A stretch of 32,000 nt of DNA from Mycolicibacterium smegmatis (GCF_001457595.1 NZ_LN831039.1:1110001-1142000); one strand, 5' to 3'; numbered from the stretch's first letter, positions 8,887 to 16,113 are shown. Numbers and translations: made by a program. Notes: generated by a model not told the origin, from the sequence alone.

Positions 8887-8955
8887 CTCCGCCGAAACCG
8901 CATTCCAGCAGGCGTCCACTCGCACTTTGCCTGCCGGAATGACGTTTCGGCGGAA
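8887..8955. repeat. Hairpin repeat element, copy A (degenerate stem)
   Basis: Arms 8888-8906 and 8936-8954 pair at 17 of 19 positions, with a 2x2 internal mismatch. The 29-nt loop is AGCAGGCGTCCACTCGCACTTTGCCTGCC. About 91 % identical to 29355-29423. It lies between the menB stop and the SDR start. Confidence 0.8.
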
Positions 8956-8962
8956 AATACGC

Positions 8963-9892
8963 CTAGAAGTAGCGCGGGAAGCGGCTCCAGTCCGGGTCGC
9001 GCTTCTCCAAGAACGCGTCGCGGCCTTCGACGGCTTCGTCGGTCATGTACGCCAGACGTGTTGCCTCACCGGCGAACACCTGCTGGCCCACCAGGCCGTC
9101 GTCGATGAGGTTGAACGCGAACTTGAGCATCCGGATCGCCTGCGGCGACTTGCCGTTGATCTCGGCGGCGTACTGCAGCCCGGCCTTCTCCAGATCGGCA
9201 TGGTCGACGACCTCGTTGACCGCGCCCATCTGGTGCATGGTCTGCGCGTCGTAGGCACGGCCCAGGAAGAAGATCTCGCGCGCGAACTTCTGGCCGGTCT
9301 GGCGCGCCAGGTAGGCGCTGCCGAACCCGCCGTCGAAGCTGCCCACGTCGGCGTCGGTCTGCTTGAACCGCGCGTGCTCACGGCTGGCCAGCGTCAGGTC
9401 GCACGTGACGTGCAGGCTGTGCCCACCACCGGCGGCCCAGCCGTTGACCAGGCAGATCACGACCTTGGGCATGAACCGGATGAGCCGCTGCACCTCGAGA
9501 ATGTGCAGTCGGCCCGCGCGTGCCGGGTCGACGGTCTCGGCCGTCTCGCCCGAGGCGTACTGGTAGCCCGTGCGCCCCCGGATGCGCTGATCGCCGCCGG
9601 AACAGAACGCCCAGCCGCCGTCCTTGGGCGACGGGCCGTTGCCGGTGAGCAGGATGACGCCGACGTCGGACGACATCCGCGCGTGGTCGAGCACGCGGTA
9701 CAGCTCGTCGACGGTGTGGGGCCGGAACGCGTTGCGCACCTCGGGCCGGTCGAACGCCACGCGCACGGTGGGCTGACGTGCGCCGTCGAGCACGTGGCGG
9801 TGGTAGGTGATGTCGGTCAGATCATCGAAGCCGGGCACCCGTTCCCACATCGCGGGGTCGAACGGGTTGTCCGAAGCTGCTTGGCTGCTCAT
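8963..9892 (-). CDS. menB: 1,4-dihydroxy-2-naphthoyl-CoA synthase
   Basis: Crotonase fold. MSSQAASDNPFDPAMWERVPGFDDLTDITYHRH..., GGDQRIRG and GWAAGGGHSLHVTCDLTLAS are MenB hallmarks. The start at ATG 9892 was chosen by similarity to the mycobacterial MenB N-terminus; the ORF track extends to 9952. Confidence 0.93.
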   Translation of the reverse strand: MSSQAASDNPFDPAMWERVPGFDDLTDITYHRHVLDGARQPTVRVAFDRPEVRNAFRPHTVDELYRVLDHARMSSDVGVILLTGNGPSPKDGGWAFCSGGDQRIRGRTGYQYASGETAETVDPARAGRLHILEVQRLIRFMPKVVICLVNGWAAGGGHSLHVTCDLTLASREHARFKQTDADVGSFDGGFGSAYLARQTGQKFAREIFFLGRAYDAQTMHQMGAVNEVVDHADLEKAGLQYAAEINGKSPQAIRMLKFAFNLIDDGLVGQQVFAGEATRLAYMTDEAVEGRDAFLEKRDPDWSRFPRYF

Positions 9893-9990
9893 TTGCTCGA
9901 CTGTAGAGCGGAGGTTTCGTCCGTACCGACGAAGGGTATGAAACCGGCGCAATGATGCGTATCGCGCATCAGCAGACAGAAAGGGCTTCG

Positions 9991-10266
9991 ATGAAGCGCA
10001 CAGCAGGCGTGTTGTTCTCGGGGTTGGTGGCCGGCTTCATGATCGTCGGTTGCTCCCCAGCGGTCACCGGCGGTGACACCACCTGCGAGGACTTCTTGGG
10101 CCAAGACGAGAAGACGCAGGACGACGCGGTCGCCAAGATGCTGAAGGACGAGAAGGGCACCGACGCCGCGCAGCTGGAGATCACCGGTACGCGCGTTGCG
10201 GTGCAGGCCTTCTGCCAGACGGCGGGCAAGCAGGACAGCAAGATCAAGGAAGCGCCGCACCTGTAG
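9991..10266 (+). CDS. Small secreted lipoprotein with HdeA-like Cys-pair motif
   Basis: The signal peptide MKRTAGVLFSGLVAGFMIVGC carries a lipobox (IVG/C). The mature part contains TCEDFL...VQAFCQ. ATG 9991 is preceded by AAAGGG. Confidence 0.7.
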   Translation: MKRTAGVLFSGLVAGFMIVGCSPAVTGGDTTCEDFLGQDEKTQDDAVAKMLKDEKGTDAAQLEITGTRVAVQAFCQTAGKQDSKIKEAPHL

Positions 10267-10267
10267 T

Positions 10268-10729
10268 TCAGAGCGGATCGAGACGGAACACCGGGCACCG
10301 TCCGGCGAGTGCTTCGAACTCGTCCGGATGGGGCCCGGTGACCAGTCCCGCGTTCTTCATGAAGCCCACGCCGGTGGGCACGAGGATGGGGAACTCCCGC
10401 AACAGCGGTCGAGCCTCCTCCACCGACATCTCGACCGCGCGGACGCGTTGTGCCTTGCGGCCCTGATGGATCGTCGCCTCTTCGGCGGCACGCAGGTTCG
10501 CCGTCCAGTCGGCGCCGGGTAGCCCGCCGACGACGTACCGCTTGCCGTCCACGGTCATCGGTGTGACGGGAGTGGTCCGGGGTTTGCCGGTCTTGCGGCC
10601 CGGCACCGTGAGCACCACAGGCCCCTTGTCCCCGCCGACGCCGACCTTGGACAACCCGATCATCACTTTGTTGACGTACTTGAGCCACCACGGCGGCCGG
10701 ATACGTTCGGTGCGCATTTCGGAGCCCAT
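10268..10729 (-). CDS. Deazaflavin (F420)-dependent nitroreductase-family protein (Ddn/DUF385-like)
   Basis: PPWWLKYVNKVMIGLSKVG...LTVPGRKTGKPRTTPV...DGKRYVVGG...ADWTANLRA is the typical family pattern. Confidence 0.85.
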   Translation of the reverse strand: MGSEMRTERIRPPWWLKYVNKVMIGLSKVGVGGDKGPVVLTVPGRKTGKPRTTPVTPMTVDGKRYVVGGLPGADWTANLRAAEEATIHQGRKAQRVRAVEMSVEEARPLLREFPILVPTGVGFMKNAGLVTGPHPDEFEALAGRCPVFRLDPL

Positions 10730-10738
10730 GCCACCAGG

Positions 10739-11428
10739 TTAGGTCGCGATGCCCACAGACGACACCGCCGCGATCAGACCGTCGCGCCGCTCGGTGGTCG
10801 GCAGCGGATCCACCAGCGCGAATGCACATCCCACCGCGGTCGCACCGCCGTCGGCCTCCTCGCTGTCGCCGACCATGAGCGCGTCCTGCGGTGCGACACC
10901 CAGCCGTTGCAGCGTCGTCGTGAAGATCGCGGCGTCCGGTTTCACCGCCCCCACCTCGTACGACAGCACGAACTCGTCGACGTCCGCGTCGATACCCAGT
11001 GCGGTGAACGCGGGCCGCACGTCGAAGGCGATGTTGGACACCACGGCGGTCTTGATGTCTTGCTGCTTAAGGCTTTTCAGCACGGTCGCGGTGTCCGGAT
11101 AGGCCGTCCAGCTGTCCGGGTCGATCACGCGTCCGTAGAGGCTCTCGGCGTGTGGGTCGGCAAGCCCGGACTCGCGCAGCACATGCAGATACGCCTCGCG
11201 GTGCAGATGCGGCGCCAGGTCCCGGTTCACCCAGGCGTGGTACTGCTCGTCGCTCATCTGCACCGAACGCCCCGTCGGGGCCGTGAGCCTGCGCATGAGC
11301 TCGGCCTGCACGTGGCCGTCGACCTCCCGTTCGTCGACCGTCATCCCCTCGAACCAGCTCTCGTCTTCCTCGAGGCGGAACAACGTCCCCGAAAAGTCGA
11401 ACAACACCGCCTTGACCATGACCACCAT
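10739..11428 (-). CDS. HAD-superfamily hydrolase (motif I D-x-S variant)
   Basis: Motif I is AVLFDFSGTLF and motif IV is MVGDSEEADGGATAVG. The start is taken at MVVMVK (11428; ATG 11419 is also possible). The track ORF extends to 11485. Confidence 0.8.
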   Translation of the reverse strand: MVVMVKAVLFDFSGTLFRLEEDESWFEGMTVDEREVDGHVQAELMRRLTAPTGRSVQMSDEQYHAWVNRDLAPHLHREAYLHVLRESGLADPHAESLYGRVIDPDSWTAYPDTATVLKSLKQQDIKTAVVSNIAFDVRPAFTALGIDADVDEFVLSYEVGAVKPDAAIFTTTLQRLGVAPQDALMVGDSEEADGGATAVGCAFALVDPLPTTERRDGLIAAVSSVGIAT

Positions 11429-11550
11429 GTTACGGACGGGCGCCAGTATTTCCTGGACGTTTCGGAACGACGTATTTCGCAACACTTTTCGACGAAATAT
11501 CCGTCATCTGCCGGATGGTGGGAATCCGGATGCATCCATAGCGTGAGCAG

Positions 11551-11994
11551 ATGATCCCGATTCCCCAGGACGATGCAAGCCGGCAACGCATGATCCGTGA
11601 GGTCGAGGCGAGTGTCTCCGACTTCCGCGGGGTGGCAGGTTTCTCGGTCCTGCGCACCGAACGTCCTGGCAGCGCGATCGGCGCGCACGGCGGTATCCAG
11701 GACGATGTGCAACTCGACCGGGTCCTGACCCGCATGCGCATGCAGCCCGTCGGGGCGTTCGGCGGGAAACTCGTCATCGTCTGCACCAGGCCCGAGCGGC
11801 AGTGGCGTATCGCCCGCCTGTCCGGGATCCGCGGCGTCGCACCGCAGTTCGTCGACGATCGGGTCTTCACCGACGAGCAGACCGCCCAGGCCGAGATCCT
11901 CAAGATGCGGTTCACGCAGTACCCCGCCGAGGACGGGATGCCCGAACACTGCACGCCCGCATGGAAATCGCGAGGGGAGAACTGGGGCGCATGA
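11551..11994 (+). CDS. Hypothetical 147-aa protein, candidate small subunit of the DMFase-like enzyme
   Basis: GC3 is about 77 % in the first 30 codons. The stop overlaps the start of the large-subunit gene (ATGA at 11991-11994). Size and position match the small (about 15 kDa) subunit of two-subunit N,N-dimethylformamidases. I recognised no motif. Confidence 0.55.
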   Translation: MIPIPQDDASRQRMIREVEASVSDFRGVAGFSVLRTERPGSAIGAHGGIQDDVQLDRVLTRMRMQPVGAFGGKLVIVCTRPERQWRIARLSGIRGVAPQFVDDRVFTDEQTAQAEILKMRFTQYPAEDGMPEHCTPAWKSRGENWGA

Positions 11995-14435
11995 ACACCA
12001 ACGGCAACGCAGGCACTGTGGCTGACACCGACGACTACCCGGAACTGATGCGGCTCACCGGCTATGGCAGCAAATGGTCGGTCGAGCAAGGCGACAGCGT
12101 CGACTTCTACGTCAACTGCGACGGACCGGCGACGTACCGCGCCGAACTGGTCAAGCTCATCCACGGCGACACCCACCCCAGCGGACCGGGATTCAAAGAG
12201 GAACTCGTCAACTCCGGAATCAACGGGACCTATCCCGGACGGCCGCAACGCATCCACGCCGGGTCCTACGCCATGGTCGCCGACCGCCGCCCCCTGCGCG
12301 TCGACAGTTTCACCATGCAGTGCTGGATCTGGCCCACCATGCCCACCAAGATCGAGGGGTACTGGGCGCCCGGTGAGCAGATGATCATGGGCAAGTGGGC
12401 ACAGGGACGCGGATACGGGTTGTTCCTCGATCTCGACGGCCGCGTGTGCCTGCGGATCGACGATCAGGTGCTGACGGCCCCGCACCCGGTGCGTGACCGT
12501 GCCTGGCACTTCGTCGCCGCGACGTTCGACGCCGCCACGGGAACCGCCGTGCTGTTCTGCGAACCGCAGGTGCGGTACGCGCTCGACCCGCAGCCCGCCG
12601 CGGTCGAAGCCGTGTTCGCCCAGCCCATCTCGCACACCGGTGTTCCGTTCACCTTCGCCGCGCACCCGGCGAGCGCCGAACCCGGGAAACAGACGCGTCA
12701 GCCCGGCGGATGGGTGATGACGGGCCACTACAACGGCAAGATCGACGCACCGCGGTTGTGCTCACGCGCGCTGAACCGCCTCGAGATCGAAACCATGAAA
12801 CTCGGTTTCGCTCCGGGCATGGACGAGCGTCGCGCAGGCGGCCCGTCCCCGGAGCTGGGTGCGGTGATGGTGGCCGCATGGGACTTCTCGCTGCAGATCC
12901 CGACGCGCACCATCGTCGACTGCGGCCCGTACCGTCTCGACGGTGAACTCGTCGGCCTGCCCGCGCGGGGGATGACCGGGCACAACTGGAGCGGCGCCGT
13001 GACGTCCTGGAGCGTCGAGCACCGCGAGTACGGCGCCATCCACTTCCACGACGACGATGTCGACGACGCGCGCTGGGCCGTCGATTTCACGCTCGAAGTG
13101 CCCGGGGATCTGCCCAGCGCGGTGTACGCCGTGAAGCTCACCACCGACGAGGGCGACGAGGACTACATCCCGTTCGTCGTCCGCACCCCGCTGGGCCGGC
13201 CGGGGGCGAAGATCGCCGTCATCATGTCGACCATCGACTACCTGGCCTACGCCAACGAGCACCAGGCCAGCAACTTCGGCAGCGCCGAGGCGCTGATCTA
13301 CCGCACCCCGATCATGGCCCCGCAGAACATCTTTCTCAGCGTGCACCGTGAGTACGGATACTCGCTGTACGACACCCACAGCGACGGGTCGGGCGTGCAC
13401 ATCTCCTCACGCCTGCGCCCGATCCTCAACTTCCGGCCCAAGTACGATTCGTGGCTCACACAGGCGCCCTGGCAGTTCAACGCCGACCTGCACCTGATCG
13501 ACTGGCTCACCGAGAAGGGCTACACGTTCGACGTCGTCACCGACGAGGACATCAGCTACGACGGTCTGGAGCGGATCGAGGGCTACAACGTGCTGATCAC
13601 GGGTTCACATCCCGAACACAAGGACGGCCACTACCTCGACGCGATCCATGCCTACAAGGAGCGCGGCGGGCGGCTCATGTACATGGGCGGTGACGGGTTC
13701 TACTGGCGGCACACCTTCCATCCCGCCTACGGACGCGGCGAGGTCACCGAGATGCGCCGCTGCGAATCGGGGATCAGGCCCTGGCAGGCGCAGCCCGGCG
13801 AATACCACCACCAGAGCGACGGCAAACTCGGCGGCATGTGGCGCTTCCTCGGCCGCGACATGGCCGCGGTGAGCGGAACATCGATGGTGGCACAGGGTTT
13901 CGACATCTCGACCTACTTCAAGCGCACACCCGAGAGCCAAGATCCGCGTGTGGCCTGGGCTTTCGAGGGCATCTCGTACGACGAGCGACTCGGCGACTTC
14001 GGTCTGGTGGGCGGGGGAGCGGCCGGTGCAGAACTGGACACCGTCGACACCACGCTGGGCTCGCCTCCGCACACACTGCTGGTCGCGACATCGGCCGGCC
14101 TGCACACCGACGCCTATCTGCTGGTGACCGAACTGATCCTCACCAACGCCCCCGGCGTGACCGGCACACAGCATCCCCGGATCCGCGCCGACATGGCGTT
14201 CCACGAAACCCCCAACGGCGGGGCGGTGTGGTCGTTCAGCTCGATCTCGTACTGCGGCAGCCTGTCCCACAACGACTACGACAACAACATCTCGAAGCTC
14301 ACCGCGAACGTCCTCGACCACTTCATGCAGGACGGGCCGCTGCCTGCCCCGCCCGCGAACGCGGTGCGGCCGCGTGGCCGGTTCGAGTCGACCCCCGAGT
14401 TGAACTACCACCTGCCCGAAGAGGTCGGATCGTGA
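11991..14435 (+). CDS. N,N-dimethylformamidase large-subunit-like protein (LamG-like domain + DMFase beta-type C-terminal domain)
   Basis: 814 aa from ATG 11991. The N-terminal YRAELVKLIHGDTHPSGPGFKEELV resembles DMFase large subunits from memory. The LamG-type signature is AWHFVAATFDAATGTAVLF...YNGKIDAPRLCSRALNRLEIE. The upstream 63 codons of the track ORF overlap the small-subunit gene. Confidence 0.8.
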   Translation: MNTNGNAGTVADTDDYPELMRLTGYGSKWSVEQGDSVDFYVNCDGPATYRAELVKLIHGDTHPSGPGFKEELVNSGINGTYPGRPQRIHAGSYAMVADRRPLRVDSFTMQCWIWPTMPTKIEGYWAPGEQMIMGKWAQGRGYGLFLDLDGRVCLRIDDQVLTAPHPVRDRAWHFVAATFDAATGTAVLFCEPQVRYALDPQPAAVEAVFAQPISHTGVPFTFAAHPASAEPGKQTRQPGGWVMTGHYNGKIDAPRLCSRALNRLEIETMKLGFAPGMDERRAGGPSPELGAVMVAAWDFSLQIPTRTIVDCGPYRLDGELVGLPARGMTGHNWSGAVTSWSVEHREYGAIHFHDDDVDDARWAVDFTLEVPGDLPSAVYAVKLTTDEGDEDYIPFVVRTPLGRPGAKIAVIMSTIDYLAYANEHQASNFGSAEALIYRTPIMAPQNIFLSVHREYGYSLYDTHSDGSGVHISSRLRPILNFRPKYDSWLTQAPWQFNADLHLIDWLTEKGYTFDVVTDEDISYDGLERIEGYNVLITGSHPEHKDGHYLDAIHAYKERGGRLMYMGGDGFYWRHTFHPAYGRGEVTEMRRCESGIRPWQAQPGEYHHQSDGKLGGMWRFLGRDMAAVSGTSMVAQGFDISTYFKRTPESQDPRVAWAFEGISYDERLGDFGLVGGGAAGAELDTVDTTLGSPPHTLLVATSAGLHTDAYLLVTELILTNAPGVTGTQHPRIRADMAFHETPNGGAVWSFSSISYCGSLSHNDYDNNISKLTANVLDHFMQDGPLPAPPANAVRPRGRFESTPELNYHLPEEVGS

Positions 14436-14460
14436 CGGTCGGGCGACGCAGGCCGGCCAC

Positions 14461-15219
14461 ATGACCGCGGGCCGCGACCTGCTGCTCACCCCGGTGTCCT
14501 CAGGACGTCACCCGTCGGCGGACAGCACCGACTTGACCGGCACGTGGGTGTGCGTCGGCCTGGCCGAGCAACTCACCGAGGTGGGCGCGATCCTGCCCGC
14601 GACCATCGGCCAACACGCCGCGCATGTGCGACTGGCCGAGGCCGGTCCGGTGGCGGCCCTGAACGCGCGCCCGTTCGGCGGATGCCTGTCGGTGCCCGTG
14701 CACTGCGGCAGCACACGCAACGTCAGATGTCCGCACCGTGCGTGTGCCTTCAGCGAGGACGGACCGGTCCTCGACGACCGGACCGACCCGCGGGGCGTCG
14801 CACGTTCGGAGTTCGTCGGTCGCCGCACGGTCAACATCCCTCTGGCGCAGTGGGGTTCGCTGCTGTTCGTCAACGTCACGATGCGTACACCGCCGCCGCT
14901 GCCGGTGCCCGACGTGACGTGGGACGGCGTGGCGCTGGTCGGCACCGGCTCGGACACCGTCGCAGGCAACTGGCTGCAGGCACCGTCACGCGCGGCCGAA
15001 CAGGTCACCGCCGCCTGCCCCTGGGCCCGCACGGTCACGATCGCACCCAACGTCGTGGTGATCCGCGACGACCGCGACGTTCTCGCCGTGTTCAGCAGGC
15101 CCGCGGGCAAATACCGCAGCACCATGACGTGGGCCGTGTTCGCAAACTCGAAGGGCAGCGGTGCGTTGGGCGCCGCGGCCGCGCGAGTGTGGGGGAGCTC
15201 ACGCGGACCCGTGGCGTGA
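14461..15219 (+). CDS. Rieske-oxygenase-alpha-like protein with non-canonical Cys/His cluster (possibly truncated or degenerate)
   Basis: WVCVGLAEQL...VAALNARPFGGCLSVPVHCGSTRNVRCPHRACAFSEDG aligns to a Rieske domain, but the CxH...CxxH pattern is broken. AGNWLQ resembles the NWK motif of RHO alpha subunits. Only 252 aa. Good GC3. Confidence 0.55.
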   Translation: MTAGRDLLLTPVSSGRHPSADSTDLTGTWVCVGLAEQLTEVGAILPATIGQHAAHVRLAEAGPVAALNARPFGGCLSVPVHCGSTRNVRCPHRACAFSEDGPVLDDRTDPRGVARSEFVGRRTVNIPLAQWGSLLFVNVTMRTPPPLPVPDVTWDGVALVGTGSDTVAGNWLQAPSRAAEQVTAACPWARTVTIAPNVVVIRDDRDVLAVFSRPAGKYRSTMTWAVFANSKGSGALGAAAARVWGSSRGPVA

Positions 15220-15257
15220 TTTACGGCATGGAAACAGGCTCTGAACCTGGTTGACCC
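15220..15257 (+). promoter_or_regulatory. Candidate GlnR box (a-n6-b-n6-a-n6-b)
   Basis: The sequence is TTTAC-ggcatg-GAAAC-aggctc-TGAAC-ctggtt-GACCC. The first a/b pair fits gTnAc-n6-GaAAc and the whole site fits AC-n9-AC-n9-AC. It lies 49-86 nt upstream of the LuxR-family gene. Confidence 0.4.
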
Positions 15258-15305
15258 GCACCCGTAGTCAACTTGTCCACAAGCACTTGACCGGAGGGGG
15301 GCGAG

Positions 15306-16049
15306 ATGGCTGGACAGATGACGTTGATGAACGAGATGCGTGACATCGCCTCGATCGCCGCCGACATGGCCTCGACCGACACCTCGGTGCGGGTGCGTGG
15401 CGCCATTGACTTCCTGCGGCTCGAGGCACGGTGCGACACGTTCCTGCTCGCGTACAAGACCCCGGGTGCCAAGGGTTTCGACCTGATCACCTCGGTCGGA
15501 TACTCCGAACCCGTGGCGCGGTATCTGACCTCCGACATCCAGGCAAAGCCCGAGTTCACCAAGCAGTTCGCCGACCAGACGCGGGTCTGGGACTGGGACG
15601 ACGTCCCCGAGTTCTACGACTCCTACAGCGGTGCCGAGGTTCTGCGCCCGGAAGGGTTCACCAACGGCTTCCTCATGGTCCTGCACGACGGTGCGGGCGA
15701 CGTGGTCGGGATGTGCCAGGGCAACATGGAGCGCCCCGACTTCACGCCCCGCAACCGCTCAACGGTGGAAGCCGTGCGCCCGTTGTTCACCAAGTACGTG
15801 ACGAAGCTACGGACACGGGCCCGCGCGAGGTTGACACCGCGAGAGCAGGAGATCCTGGCGCTGCTGCGCAGCGGCCTGTCGAACGCCGAGATCAGCGATC
15901 GGCTGTACCTGTCGCCGCGAACCGTGAGCACCCACGTCGAACGCGTGCTGCGCAAGCTCGGCGTGGCCAACCGCGTGGCCGCGGCGGTGCAGGCCACCGA
16001 ACTCGAACTCCTCGACGCCGGACGTGATGCGGTGACGCCGCTGCCGTAG
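15306..16049 (+). CDS. LuxR-family one-component transcriptional regulator (N-terminal ligand-sensor-like domain, no receiver domain)
   Basis: The C-terminal HTH is LTPREQEILALLRSGLSNAEISDRLYLSPRTVSTHVERVLRKLGVANRVAA. ATG 15306 is preceded by GGAGGGGGG. The N-terminal ~170 aa has no phospho-acceptor motif. Confidence 0.9.
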   Translation: MAGQMTLMNEMRDIASIAADMASTDTSVRVRGAIDFLRLEARCDTFLLAYKTPGAKGFDLITSVGYSEPVARYLTSDIQAKPEFTKQFADQTRVWDWDDVPEFYDSYSGAEVLRPEGFTNGFLMVLHDGAGDVVGMCQGNMERPDFTPRNRSTVEAVRPLFTKYVTKLRTRARARLTPREQEILALLRSGLSNAEISDRLYLSPRTVSTHVERVLRKLGVANRVAAAVQATELELLDAGRDAVTPLP

Positions 16050-16063
16050 CGGCGGTCCACCAG

Positions 16064-16092
16064 CACCGGGTGCCCGACAGGGGCGCCCGGTG
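16064..16092 (+). terminator. Stem-loop downstream of the LuxR-family gene
   Basis: CACCGGGTGCCC-GACA-GGGGCGCCCGGTG forms a 12-bp stem with one G-U pair. It is followed by TTCACGCTGTTTG, a weak T tract. Confidence 0.45.
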
Positions 16093-16113
16093 TTCACGCT
16101 GTTTGATGAAAAG

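Noticed and set aside
9953-9971. Small palindrome TGATGCG-n5-CGCATCA and the nearby TTCGTC-n6-GACGAA (about 9915-9932) in the menB/lipoprotein divergent region.
   Set aside because: The stems are short (6-7 bp) with no supporting conservation or motif identity. This is too weak to call an operator or RNA element.
11430-12728. 432-aa minus-strand ORF (also 14508-15686, 23167-24567 and 26787-28016 on the minus strand).
   Set aside because: All are antisense shadows of well-supported plus-strand genes (DMFase-like, Rieske-like/LuxR, amidase 2, ureC). None has family motifs, and the compositional bias is typical of GC-rich non-coding frames.
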